Positions 8,145 to 17,010 of a stretch of 64,000 nt of DNA are shown here, piece by piece. Positions within the stretch are counted from its first letter, which is position 1, and each line of letters starts with the position of its first letter. The DNA comes from Planctomycetota bacterium (GTDB lineage Bacteria; Planctomycetota; PLA2), in the NCBI GenBank assembly GCA_036443405.1, contig JAZFYD010000249.1, positions 1,553 through 65,552 on the forward strand, given 5' to 3'. The translations under genes were made by a program, and so were the position numbers. The notes below the pieces were generated by a model. It was not told where the DNA came from and did not search any database. It was given only the letters and a program-made list of their open reading frames with translations.

Positions 8145-9658
8145 GAAACCGGCTGTTGTGCATCTGGCTAGGCGTCGCTCTGTGGGGCGCCGCCTGCTCG
8201 CATGACAATCCGGCGTTCCCGATCCTGCTCGACCCTACGCCCTTCGAGGCCCAGACCGAGGGCCGGATCGAGACCGACGCGTTCCGCGACACCGTGGATA
8301 CGGGCAGCGCGACCCAGTTCGAGTGGACCGCGTCGGGCGCTGTCGGATTCGGCTGGACCCTCCAAACGCCCGACGGCTCCACGGCGGCGCTCGACAATCC
8401 GTTCGCGGCGCAGCCGATGTTCGTTCCCGATGTCGACGGACGGTATCTGGTTTCCGCGGACATCACGTTCAGCGACGGCAGCTCGGCATCGGAGACCCGG
8501 CGGATCACCGCAGGCACTTCCATCTCAGCCGCAGCCTGCACACCGTGCCACGTCGCGCGCGCCAACGATGTTGCGAACTCCGGCCACGCGAACTGCGAAC
8601 GCTGCCATGGCCCGGGAAGCGAGCACAACAGCGACCCGCGCAACATCGCCAACTCGTTGCGGGCGGGCGTCTGCCAGGGTTGCCACCCCGGCTCGGCTAC
8701 CCAGTGGAGGAACTCGCCCCACTCCGCCGAACCGTTCTCGTTCGTGCTGGCCCGCGAGGATTGCCAGAGGTGCCACACGGGCCGCGGATTCATCCGCGAG
8801 ACGCGCGGCCAGGCGTTCGAGGCAGATCCGCCCGGCGCGGTCGGCGCGACCTGCGGCGCCTGCCACGAGCCTCACAGCAACCGGAACGAGCCCCGCCTAC
8901 GCATCTTCGGCAACGTGCAACTCACGTCCCGAGGCGAATTCAACTTCGGGCGCGCCGCCGCTTGCGGCACGTGCCATCAGAGCACGGTCGCCGACCCGCT
9001 AGCGCACACGGCCACGAGCCACCGGTTCACGTTCGCGGTCCACGCCAACATGATCGCCACGCGCGGAGCCGTCGAGTACGGCATGAGCTTCTCCAGCTCG
9101 TTCCACGCAACGACGGTCATGCGGCTGCGCTCCTTCACGGGGGATCCGAACGATTCCGACACCCCGGATTCCTGCGTGATCTGCCACATGGCGCCGTCGG
9201 GCGCCTCCACGCGGCCGGACGAGATGGGCGAGCATGCGCTCGTGTTGCGGATCAACGCCGAGGAACTGGCCATCGGCAACTGCGACCGCTGCCACGCCGG
9301 GCTGAGCACCTTCGACCGGAACATCGGCAAGGACTATGACGGGGACGGCGTGGCGCGCGGCGTTCAGACCGAGGTGCGCAGCCTGATCGAGATCCTGTTC
9401 CAGGCGCTGCGGGCCGCGGACGTGAACAACGCGCTGGACCGGCCCGGCGGCGCGAATACGGAGGTCGACATCGATCCCGACCTCTCGCTGACGACGCCCG
9501 AACTGCGGCAGGCGGTCTGGAATTACAACTTCAACGTCAACGACGGGTCCGCGGGGATTCACAACACGAAGTACGCCGTACAGCTGCTCCAGCGCACCTA
9601 CTCACAGATCACCGGACGCGAGTTCGCGAACGACTTCCCGCTCGCGGATATTGAATGA
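8141..9658 (+). CDS. Octaheme c-type cytochrome with a lipoprotein-like signal and an N-terminal PKD/Ig-like domain
   Basis: ATG 8141 forms an ATGA overlap with the upstream stop (track start 8123 is also possible). Signal LGVALWGAACS. Eight CXXCH motifs (CTPCH, CERCH, CQGCH, CQRCH, CGACH, CGTCH, CVICH, CDRCH). DYDGDG motif. C-terminal helix motif WNYNFNVNDGSAGIHNTKY. Confidence 0.8.
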   Translation: MRNRLLCIWLGVALWGAACSHDNPAFPILLDPTPFEAQTEGRIETDAFRDTVDTGSATQFEWTASGAVGFGWTLQTPDGSTAALDNPFAAQPMFVPDVDGRYLVSADITFSDGSSASETRRITAGTSISAAACTPCHVARANDVANSGHANCERCHGPGSEHNSDPRNIANSLRAGVCQGCHPGSATQWRNSPHSAEPFSFVLAREDCQRCHTGRGFIRETRGQAFEADPPGAVGATCGACHEPHSNRNEPRLRIFGNVQLTSRGEFNFGRAAACGTCHQSTVADPLAHTATSHRFTFAVHANMIATRGAVEYGMSFSSSFHATTVMRLRSFTGDPNDSDTPDSCVICHMAPSGASTRPDEMGEHALVLRINAEELAIGNCDRCHAGLSTFDRNIGKDYDGDGVARGVQTEVRSLIEILFQALRAADVNNALDRPGGANTEVDIDPDLSLTTPELRQAVWNYNFNVNDGSAGIHNTKYAVQLLQRTYSQITGREFANDFPLADIE

Positions 9659-9671
9659 ACGGAGGGTGACC

Positions 9672-12077
9672 ATGCGGCTTTCACTCATGCTCGCAGGCCT
9701 CGCGTTGTTTCTCCCGGGCTGCAACGACGACAACGTTGGGGTTCCGGTGGTCGTAGTTTCCGGCCAGTCCGCCGTCACGCTCGGGCGGACCGAGCAGCTA
9801 ACCGCGACGACGAGGAACGCCAGCGACACCGGATATCTCTGGTCGACCTCGGACCCCGTAGTCGCGGGCATCGACCAGTCCGGCGTAGTCACCGGGCGTG
9901 CCACCGGCCAGGCCATGATCACCGCCACGGGGAACCGTACGAGCGCTCTCGGTAGCCTGCTCGTGACCGTGAGCGCCGTTCCCGGCACCGGCGCGCCCTT
10001 CGAGGACGAGTGGGGCAACTCCCCGCACAACGACATCACGTCCGAGGCCTTCGCGCGCTGGACGGGCCCGATCTCGACCTCCTGCGCGAAGTGCCATTCG
10101 ACCCACGGGTTCCGAGACTTCCTCGGAGACGACGGTTCCACGCCGGGACAGGTGGACCAAGCCGCCGCGATCGGGTCCACCGTGGAGTGCGCCGCCTGCC
10201 ACAATGCGGCCTCGGCCGGATGGGACACGATGGCGTTTCCGAGCGGCGCCGTGATTCCGAACAATTTCGCGCCGGACGCACTCGGGCGCGAGGCAACTTG
10301 CATGGAGTGCCACCAGGGCCGGGCCTCGACGGTAACCGTGGACGACGCGATCGCCGGCGCTGCGCCCGCCGACGACGACACCGTCATGCCCGGAGTAGGT
10401 GCGATCGACGTGCACTATCTGCCCGGCGCGGCCACGTTCTACGCCGGGCTCGCCCGCGGCGCGTACGTCTACGCAGGTGAACGGTACGACATCCTGTGGC
10501 GTCACGTTCCCGGCTACGACAACTGCCAGGGCTGTCACGAGCCGCACGGGACCAACATCCGATTGAACGACTGCGCGCAATGCCACAACGTCTCGACCAT
10601 GCAAGACCTCCGCGACATCCGGATGGAGTCGTCGAAGACCCGGGACTACGACGGCGACGGCAACCTCATCGAGGGCGTGTACTTCGAAGTCGAAGGGGTG
10701 AAGGCGCTGCTCCTCGCCGCGATCCAGGAGTACGCCCGCGAGGTCGTCGGCCAGGCGATCGCATACGACGGCCGCTGGCGCAACGACGATAACGACAACG
10801 GCATCGTCGACACGGGCGAGACGACTTCGTTCTCGATGTTCACGCCGCGCCTGCTGAAGGCGACCTACAACTACAACTACGCCGAGCGCGACGGCGGCGC
10901 GTACGCCCACAACGCCAAGTTCATGATCCAGTGTCTGCGCGACGGGATCGACGACCTGAACATGGCGATCACGAACAAGATTGATGTCTCCGCCGCGGAC
11001 CGGAACGACCGCGGCCACTTCGACTCCACGGAGGAGGCGTTCCGGCACTGGGACAGCTCGGGTACGGTGCCGGCGTCGTGCGCAAAGTGCCACAGCGCCT
11101 CGAGAGGTCTTGAGCAGTTCCTCGAAACCGGCGGAACCGGCGACCAGCCGGCTTCAAACGGGTTCGAATGCGCCGTCTGCCACACGACGTTCAACACGTT
11201 CGAGACGCGGCGTATCCTCCAGGTCACGTTCCCCGGAGGCAAGATGACGCCGATGCTCGATCCGGGGACGCCGACAGACGACCCCGAGATGCAGGCCAAC
11301 ACCTGCATCCAGTGCCACCAGGGCCGCACGTCGAAAAAGGACATCGACGACGCGATCGATGCCTTCATCGACGATCCTGCGGCCAACCCGCTCGGCTTCC
11401 TGAACATCCACAACCTCGCCGCCGCGGCGACGCTGTTCGGCACGGACGCGATGGTCGGCTACGAGTACGACGGGAACACGTATCGGGCGAAGTTCGGACA
11501 CTTCAGTGCCGAGTCGTCGGCCTGCGTTTTCTGCCACAGCCCGCTGAACACCCAGCACACCTTCTTGCCGAACGACAACCTCAACACGTGCAACGGCTGT
11601 CACCAGGATCTGGACGGATCGCCACTGACGGACGTGAAGAACATCCGGCGCAACCGGAACGACGACTACAACGGCAACGGCCTCTTCCCCGGCTCGGGCG
11701 CCGGCAACGAGATCCTCAACGACGAGTTGCAACCGATCGCCGCGGCGCTACTCCTCGCGATCCAGGACTACGCGGAGAACACGGGTACCGGATCGGAGGG
11801 CCAGACGCGCGCCCAGGATCCCATCGTCCATTGCCCGGACACCTTCCCGTACTACTTCAAGGACACGAACAACAACGGAACATGCGACGCGGGCGAGAAC
11901 AACTTCGGGAACCGTTACACGGACTGGGACGGTGACCTGCTGAGGGCCACCCATAACTACCAGCACAGCCAGAAGGAACCCGGGGCCTGGGCTCACAACT
12001 TCTTCTACATCCTGCAGCTGGTCATCGACTCCATCGACGACCTCGGAGGCGACACGGACGATTACACGCGCCCCTAG
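9672..12077 (+). CDS. Decaheme c-type cytochrome with a lipoprotein-like signal, an N-terminal Big_2-like Ig domain and two tandem pentaheme modules
   Basis: GGAGG Shine-Dalgarno 6 nt upstream of ATG 9672 (the track starts at TTG 9651). Signal LAGLALFLPGC. Big_2-like segment GQSAVTLGRTEQLTATT...VVAGIDQSGVVTGRATGQAMITATG. 10 CXXCH motifs arranged 5+5, each set followed by an NYN(Y/Q)...G(A/W)..AHN helix motif. Confidence 0.85.
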   Translation: MRLSLMLAGLALFLPGCNDDNVGVPVVVVSGQSAVTLGRTEQLTATTRNASDTGYLWSTSDPVVAGIDQSGVVTGRATGQAMITATGNRTSALGSLLVTVSAVPGTGAPFEDEWGNSPHNDITSEAFARWTGPISTSCAKCHSTHGFRDFLGDDGSTPGQVDQAAAIGSTVECAACHNAASAGWDTMAFPSGAVIPNNFAPDALGREATCMECHQGRASTVTVDDAIAGAAPADDDTVMPGVGAIDVHYLPGAATFYAGLARGAYVYAGERYDILWRHVPGYDNCQGCHEPHGTNIRLNDCAQCHNVSTMQDLRDIRMESSKTRDYDGDGNLIEGVYFEVEGVKALLLAAIQEYAREVVGQAIAYDGRWRNDDNDNGIVDTGETTSFSMFTPRLLKATYNYNYAERDGGAYAHNAKFMIQCLRDGIDDLNMAITNKIDVSAADRNDRGHFDSTEEAFRHWDSSGTVPASCAKCHSASRGLEQFLETGGTGDQPASNGFECAVCHTTFNTFETRRILQVTFPGGKMTPMLDPGTPTDDPEMQANTCIQCHQGRTSKKDIDDAIDAFIDDPAANPLGFLNIHNLAAAATLFGTDAMVGYEYDGNTYRAKFGHFSAESSACVFCHSPLNTQHTFLPNDNLNTCNGCHQDLDGSPLTDVKNIRRNRNDDYNGNGLFPGSGAGNEILNDELQPIAAALLLAIQDYAENTGTGSEGQTRAQDPIVHCPDTFPYYFKDTNNNGTCDAGENNFGNRYTDWDGDLLRATHNYQHSQKEPGAWAHNFFYILQLVIDSIDDLGGDTDDYTRP

Positions 12078-12261
12078 AGGGCCACCCTGTACCTGCGCGG
12101 CGAGAAGCGCCGCACGAGGAGGCCTCGGTCGACAGGTCGGGCCCCGTTGTGGCTCGTTCTCCCGCGCGGTCCGGCTCCACTGCGGCCATTCTTCCCACGG
12201 TTCGCCTTTGCGCACGGCCGCGCGCGATAGTAAAACGGCCCTCCACAAAAGGAGTGCCGAC

Positions 12262-13803
12262 ATGAGCGGATTCGTACGGACGTGCGTTTGTTGCGTGGCT
12301 ATTCTCGTTGCCTTTTCCGGGGTTGCCTCGGCGCAGGACAAAAAGCCGAACATCCTCGTCATCTGGGGCGATGACATCGGCCAGGGCAACATCAGCGCCT
12401 ACACGAAGGGCGTGATGGGCTATCGCACGCCCAACATCGATCGTGTCGCCAAGGAGGGCATGATCTTTACCGACTACTACGCCGAGCAGAGCTGCACGGC
12501 GGGACGCTCCTCCTTCATCATGGGGCAGAGCGTCTTTCGCACGGGCCTCAGCAAGGTCGGCCTCCCAGGCGCGGACCTGGGCATGCAGAAAGAAGACCCC
12601 ACGATCCCAGGATTGCTCAAGGCGCACGGCTACGCGTCGGGGCAGTTCGGCAAGAACCACCTGGGCGACAAGGACGCGCACCTGCCGACGAACCACGGCT
12701 TCGACGAGTTCCTCGGCAACCTCTATCACTTAAACGCCGAGGAGGAGCCGGAGAACGAGGACTACCCGAAGGGCGAGGATTTCCGCAAGCGGTTCGGACC
12801 GAGGGGCGTGATCAAGTCCTTCGCCGGCGGGACGATCGAGGACACCGGCCCGTTGACCAAGAAGCGCATGGAGACGATCGACGAAGAGACGATCTCCGCG
12901 GCGATCGACTTCATCAAGCGGCAGCACAAGGCGGGCAAGCCGTTTTTCTGCTGGTGGAACGGCACGCGCATGCACTTCCGGACCCACGTCAAGAAGTCGC
13001 TACGCGGCATCTCCGGCCAGGACGAGTACTCCGACGGCATGGTCGAGCACGACATGCACGTCGGCCAGCTCCTCAAGGTGCTGGACGACCTCGGCATCGC
13101 CGACAACACGATCGTTTTCTACAGCACCGACAACGGTCCCCACCAGAACACGTGGCCGGACGCGGGCACGACACCCTTCCGCAGCGAGAAGAACACCAAC
13201 TGGGAGGGCGCCTACCGGGTGCCGGCGATGGTTCGCTGGCCGGGCAAGATCAAGGCGGGCTCGGTCTCCAACGAGATCATGCACCACATGGACTGGCTGC
13301 CCACGTTCGTGGCTGCTGCGGGCGACGCCGATGTCAAGGCCAAGTTGCTCAAGGGCCACAAGGCCATGGGTCGCGACTACAAGGTCCATCTTGACGGCTA
13401 CAACTTCCTGCCGCATCTGACCGGCGCGGCCAAGAAGGGCCCGCGCAAGGAGTTCTTCTACTTCACCGACGACGGCGATCTGGCATGCCTGCGCTACGAG
13501 GACTGGAAGGTGGTCTTCTTGGAGCAGCGCGCCACGGGAACGCTGTTGCTGTGGGCCAATCCCTTCACGGTCCTGCGCGTCCCCAAGATCTTCAATCTGC
13601 GTCGCGACCCGTACGAGCGGGCGGACCGGACTTCGAACCTGTACTACGAGTGGCTTATCGATCGCGTTTACCTGCTCACGCCGGCCCAGGTCATCGTGGG
13701 AGAGTTCCTTGAGACGTTCAAGGAGTACCCGCCGCGCCAGAAGGCCGCGAGCTTCGCGTTCGAGCGGGTCATGGAAAAACTCACCGAGGGCCGTGGTGGC
13801 TAA
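12262..13803 (+). CDS. Arylsulfatase (formylglycine-dependent sulfatase family), secreted
   Basis: AAGGAG Shine-Dalgarno upstream of ATG 12262. Signal peptide. KKPNILVIWGDDIG followed by the sulfatase signature SCTAGRSSFIMG (C-x-A-x-R). Confidence 0.85.
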   Translation: MSGFVRTCVCCVAILVAFSGVASAQDKKPNILVIWGDDIGQGNISAYTKGVMGYRTPNIDRVAKEGMIFTDYYAEQSCTAGRSSFIMGQSVFRTGLSKVGLPGADLGMQKEDPTIPGLLKAHGYASGQFGKNHLGDKDAHLPTNHGFDEFLGNLYHLNAEEEPENEDYPKGEDFRKRFGPRGVIKSFAGGTIEDTGPLTKKRMETIDEETISAAIDFIKRQHKAGKPFFCWWNGTRMHFRTHVKKSLRGISGQDEYSDGMVEHDMHVGQLLKVLDDLGIADNTIVFYSTDNGPHQNTWPDAGTTPFRSEKNTNWEGAYRVPAMVRWPGKIKAGSVSNEIMHHMDWLPTFVAAAGDADVKAKLLKGHKAMGRDYKVHLDGYNFLPHLTGAAKKGPRKEFFYFTDDGDLACLRYEDWKVVFLEQRATGTLLLWANPFTVLRVPKIFNLRRDPYERADRTSNLYYEWLIDRVYLLTPAQVIVGEFLETFKEYPPRQKAASFAFERVMEKLTEGRGG

Positions 13804-13804
13804 T

Positions 13805-14812
13805 TTGAATCCCGGAGGGCGCCACATCTGCGGCGCCCTCCTTGCTCTTTTTGTTTCGGTCTCGGGCTGCCGGTCGCCGCAGGCCGCGGCCGACGACACC
13901 CTGGCGTCGTGGAACGACGGCCCGGCGAAACAAGCGGTCGTCGATTTCGTGCGCCGCGTCACGAAAGAGGGCGGCAGGGACTACGTCGTGCCCGCAGCGC
14001 GCATCGCCACCTTCGACAACGACGGCACGCTCTGGTCGGAGAAGCCGCTCTATTTCCAGTTGCTGTTCGCCATCGACCGCGTCAAGGCGCTGGCCGGCGA
14101 ACATCCCGAGTGGAAAGAGCAGCAGCCCTTCAAGGGAGTGTTGGAAGGGGACATGGATGCCGCGCTCGCCGGCGGGAAGAAGTCGGTGCTTCAGCTGGTC
14201 ATGGCGACGCACGCGGGCATGACCACGGAACAGTTCGAGCGCATCGTCAAGGACTGGCTGGCGACCGCCAAGCACCCGCGCTTCAAGCGCCCCTATTCCG
14301 AGCTGGTGTATCAGCCCATGCTCGAGCTGTTGGACTACCTGAGGCAAAACGGTTTCAAGACCTACATCGTCTCCGGCGGCGGCATCGAGTTCATGCGCCC
14401 GTTCACGGAGCGGGTCTACGGGATTCCACCCGAACAGGTCGTCGGTAGCAGCATCAAGGTCAGGCACGAGTTGCGCAAGGGCGCTCCTGTGCTCGTGCGG
14501 CTGCCCGAGATCGACTTCTTCGACGACCAGGCGGGCAAGCCGGTGGCCATCCACAAGTTCATCGGCCGTCGGCCCATCTTCTCGGCCGGCAACTCCGATG
14601 GCGACTTCCAGATGCTCGAATGGACGACGGCCGGCGAGGGCCCGCGCTTCTCCCTGATCGTCCATCACACCGACGCACGCCGGGAGTGGGCTTACGACCG
14701 CAATTCGCACGTGGGCAAGCTGGACAGGGCGCTCGACGAGGCTCCCGCGCGCGGCTGGCTCGTCGTCGACATGAAGCGAGACTGGAAGCGCGTCTACCCC
14801 GCGGCGAAGTAG
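13805..14812 (+). CDS. Periplasmic HAD-superfamily hydrolase (phosphatase-like) lipoprotein
   Basis: HAD motif I FDNDGTLW. Lipoprotein-like LALFVSVSGC. The track ORF starts at 13709 inside the sulfatase gene; I prefer the in-frame TTG at 13805 just after the sulfatase stop, but the start is uncertain. Confidence 0.65.
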   Translation: MNPGGRHICGALLALFVSVSGCRSPQAAADDTLASWNDGPAKQAVVDFVRRVTKEGGRDYVVPAARIATFDNDGTLWSEKPLYFQLLFAIDRVKALAGEHPEWKEQQPFKGVLEGDMDAALAGGKKSVLQLVMATHAGMTTEQFERIVKDWLATAKHPRFKRPYSELVYQPMLELLDYLRQNGFKTYIVSGGGIEFMRPFTERVYGIPPEQVVGSSIKVRHELRKGAPVLVRLPEIDFFDDQAGKPVAIHKFIGRRPIFSAGNSDGDFQMLEWTTAGEGPRFSLIVHHTDARREWAYDRNSHVGKLDRALDEAPARGWLVVDMKRDWKRVYPAAK

Positions 14813-14880
14813 CGCAAAGCCCGCGCGGCTGGAAGGCGCGCCGCGTCGTGCGAATGTGATTCCGAATGGAGATCCGGAAG

Positions 14881-15456
14881 CTACTCCTCGACAGTGATCG
14901 CGATCGCCTCGGTGTATGAGAGCTTCACGCGATCACCGACCTTGAGCCCGGCGATGAAGCGTCGGCCTTCGTCGCGCTCGGCACGCACGCTGTGCAACTC
15001 GCCCGCCGGCCGCCCCTTGCCCTTGAACACGACGATGTGCTGCTTGGTGTCGACGCTCTCGACGGTCACCGTCATCTCAACACCCGCTCCGACGTCGATG
15101 CCGGGCTTGCTCCCCTCTTCGGCCAAGCCGACAGCCAACTCGGCGGTCGGCTCCGGCCCCGCTTCGTCCGGTTTCAGGCGCTGCGCGGTCACCGACACGC
15201 GATAGCGCGCCTTGACCGTATCGCCGACGGCGATCTGAGCGAAGTTACGCACCTGCGGACCGGCGATCACGACCACCTTCGTTCCGTCCTCTCGCTGGAG
15301 CGTGATCTCGCGCGTCTCTGCGTTTACGGCTTGCACGGTCGACTCCACGACGACCTCGTGGGAAATCTCGGCCCGGGTGGGCGCTTCTGTCGACGCGCAT
15401 CCCGCGGCCAAGGCCGCCACGAACAGGGGAAACAGTGATCTCATTCTCTCTCGCAT
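14881..15456 (-). CDS. Small lipoprotein of unknown function with an internal tandem duplication
   Basis: Signal with lipobox FVAALAAGC. Two similar halves (VQAVNAETREITLQREDGTKVVV...VRNFAQIAVGDTVKARY and VESVDTKQHIVVFKG...RRFIAGLKVGDRVKLSY). Confidence 0.6.
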   Translation of the reverse strand: MRERMRSLFPLFVAALAAGCASTEAPTRAEISHEVVVESTVQAVNAETREITLQREDGTKVVVIAGPQVRNFAQIAVGDTVKARYRVSVTAQRLKPDEAGPEPTAELAVGLAEEGSKPGIDVGAGVEMTVTVESVDTKQHIVVFKGKGRPAGELHSVRAERDEGRRFIAGLKVGDRVKLSYTEAIAITVEE

Positions 15457-15586
15457 CCCTCGACCTCCTGCTGCGTTGCTACTCCGCGGCGAGCCGTCCC
15501 GGGCTCCGCGACGCGGGTGGAGATTCTATGCAATTGCGCCTCGTAGAGCGCGTGCTTCTTCCGGCGAGGTCTGGGCTCACGCGCTT

Positions 15587-16873
15587 TCAATTGACCTGGA
15601 TTGTCGTGACCGGAGCCGGCTGACTGCTCGGCGCCTTGATGGAGAGCTGCCAGAGGTCGTAGAGCGCGTTGAAGCTCATTTTCGACAACATGTCTTGGTC
15701 GTCGATGTAGAACCAAAGGTCCCGATATCGAACCACCTGGAATGCCGATTCCGGAGGGCCGTCGCTGTACTTGATGGCGAACCGCTTCGAGAGGTCTTCG
15801 ATCTCACCCTTCTCGACAGCGTCCTGGAATGAGCTCAAGTCGGTTGTGCGGCCCTGCAGTTCGTCCTCGGGGGGGGCGTCCACGCCGTACGCGTAGAGAT
15901 TGATTACGTTGTAGAGCGAGCGCATCCGGAGCTTGACCGTAGGTCTCGGTGTGTTGGGTTGATCCGCAAGGTCCGCTCCGCGGACGACTCGCGCCGGCTC
16001 CATGATCCAGATCTTCTTCTGGACGTTGGGCTGAACGTTGAGGAGCTTCATGAGCCGCTGCCCATCCGCTGACTGACGGGCGCTCGGTTCCAGCCAGATG
16101 GCCGGCGTCATCTCGTGGGTCGTGAAGTAAAACGTCTCGCCGCCGTCATAACTCTTCCAGCGACGAGCACCGGTGGAGAGCGTCGTGATCCACATCTCCG
16201 GCGTGATGGACGCGGCAGGGTACGCGTATGAGTTGTAGGGGTCGTTCCACCGGAACCGGTCGACGACCAGATCGCCGTCAGCGTAGAACTTGCCGATCAA
16301 GGCGATGGCCTCGCGCCACTCCGGGGATCCGGGCCGGAAGTTGTCGAATCTGAGGTCCGGACCGCGGAGGCTGTTGATGCCCTCGACCAGAATATTGAGT
16401 GCGGTATCGACCGGGTAACCTGCGGTCACGAGGTCCGCGACGACAGAAACTTTGAGGGGCTCGTGTAACTGGCTCGCGATGTCCTCGCCTTGTCTTGGCG
16501 TAAGCGTGATCGTGGGCGAATCGGAGAACGTCACGCTCCCGTCGATGCTGCCGCCCGAGATGTTGGCGTCACCCCATTCCGCGATCGTCGCCCCTGCGCC
16601 GAGGGTCTTCGATGTCGTGAAGTTCGAGCTGATGCTCGAGACGTTCAGAAACTGCGGCGCTTCCATGTACCGGCGTCGAACGATGTTGAGCAAGAGCTCC
16701 TCTTGGAGGACCTGGCTAACCGCCTTGTTGTAGGCGATGTGCGAGTTGACCACGAGCGCAGGTCCCTGCGTATGGGTACAGCCTCCCACGTTCGCAACAA
16801 GAACCATCGCGATGGCGGCGAGCCCCGCTCGTCGAAACGCGAGTGTGACGCAGCAGCATTTCTCTTGCTTCAT
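15587..16873 (-). CDS. Lipoprotein of unknown function (no family recognised)
   Basis: Start chosen at MKQEKCCCVTLAFRRAGLAAIAMVLVANVGGC (ATG 16873), which has a lipobox. Protein-like composition over 428 aa. The gene looks lower in GC than its neighbours. Confidence 0.6.
   Translation of the reverse strand: MKQEKCCCVTLAFRRAGLAAIAMVLVANVGGCTHTQGPALVVNSHIAYNKAVSQVLQEELLLNIVRRRYMEAPQFLNVSSISSNFTTSKTLGAGATIAEWGDANISGGSIDGSVTFSDSPTITLTPRQGEDIASQLHEPLKVSVVADLVTAGYPVDTALNILVEGINSLRGPDLRFDNFRPGSPEWREAIALIGKFYADGDLVVDRFRWNDPYNSYAYPAASITPEMWITTLSTGARRWKSYDGGETFYFTTHEMTPAIWLEPSARQSADGQRLMKLLNVQPNVQKKIWIMEPARVVRGADLADQPNTPRPTVKLRMRSLYNVINLYAYGVDAPPEDELQGRTTDLSSFQDAVEKGEIEDLSKRFAIKYSDGPPESAFQVVRYRDLWFYIDDQDMLSKMSFNALYDLWQLSIKAPSSQPAPVTTIQVN
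15869..15876. repeat. G8/C8 homopolymer inside the lipoprotein coding sequence
   Basis: Plus strand reads ctcggggggggcgtc. On the coding strand this is GCC CCC CCC GAG, encoding A-P-P-E. Confidence 0.9.
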
Positions 16874-17010
16874 GGCGGACGCCCTTTCGTTAACGTGATC
16901 TGGACGGCCATCGTATCCACTGGACAATCCGCCAGGAATACCCCTTGCCCACAGTTGCATCATGAGTCAGAATCCGCCGACCGACCATAGACGCGGCTCG
17001 GAGACCGGCA

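Noticed and set aside
12097-12113. Possible terminator hairpin GCGGCG-AGAAG-CGCCGC after the decaheme gene
   Set aside because: It has only a 6-bp stem and no T tract. Such short GC palindromes are common by chance at this GC content.
13709-13804. Track start of the HAD gene at 13709, overlapping the sulfatase gene by 95 nt
   Set aside because: The overlapping part translates to Arg/Ser-rich junk (MRRSRSTRRARRPRASRSSGSW...). The lipoprotein signal begins just after the sulfatase stop, so a later TTG start is preferred.
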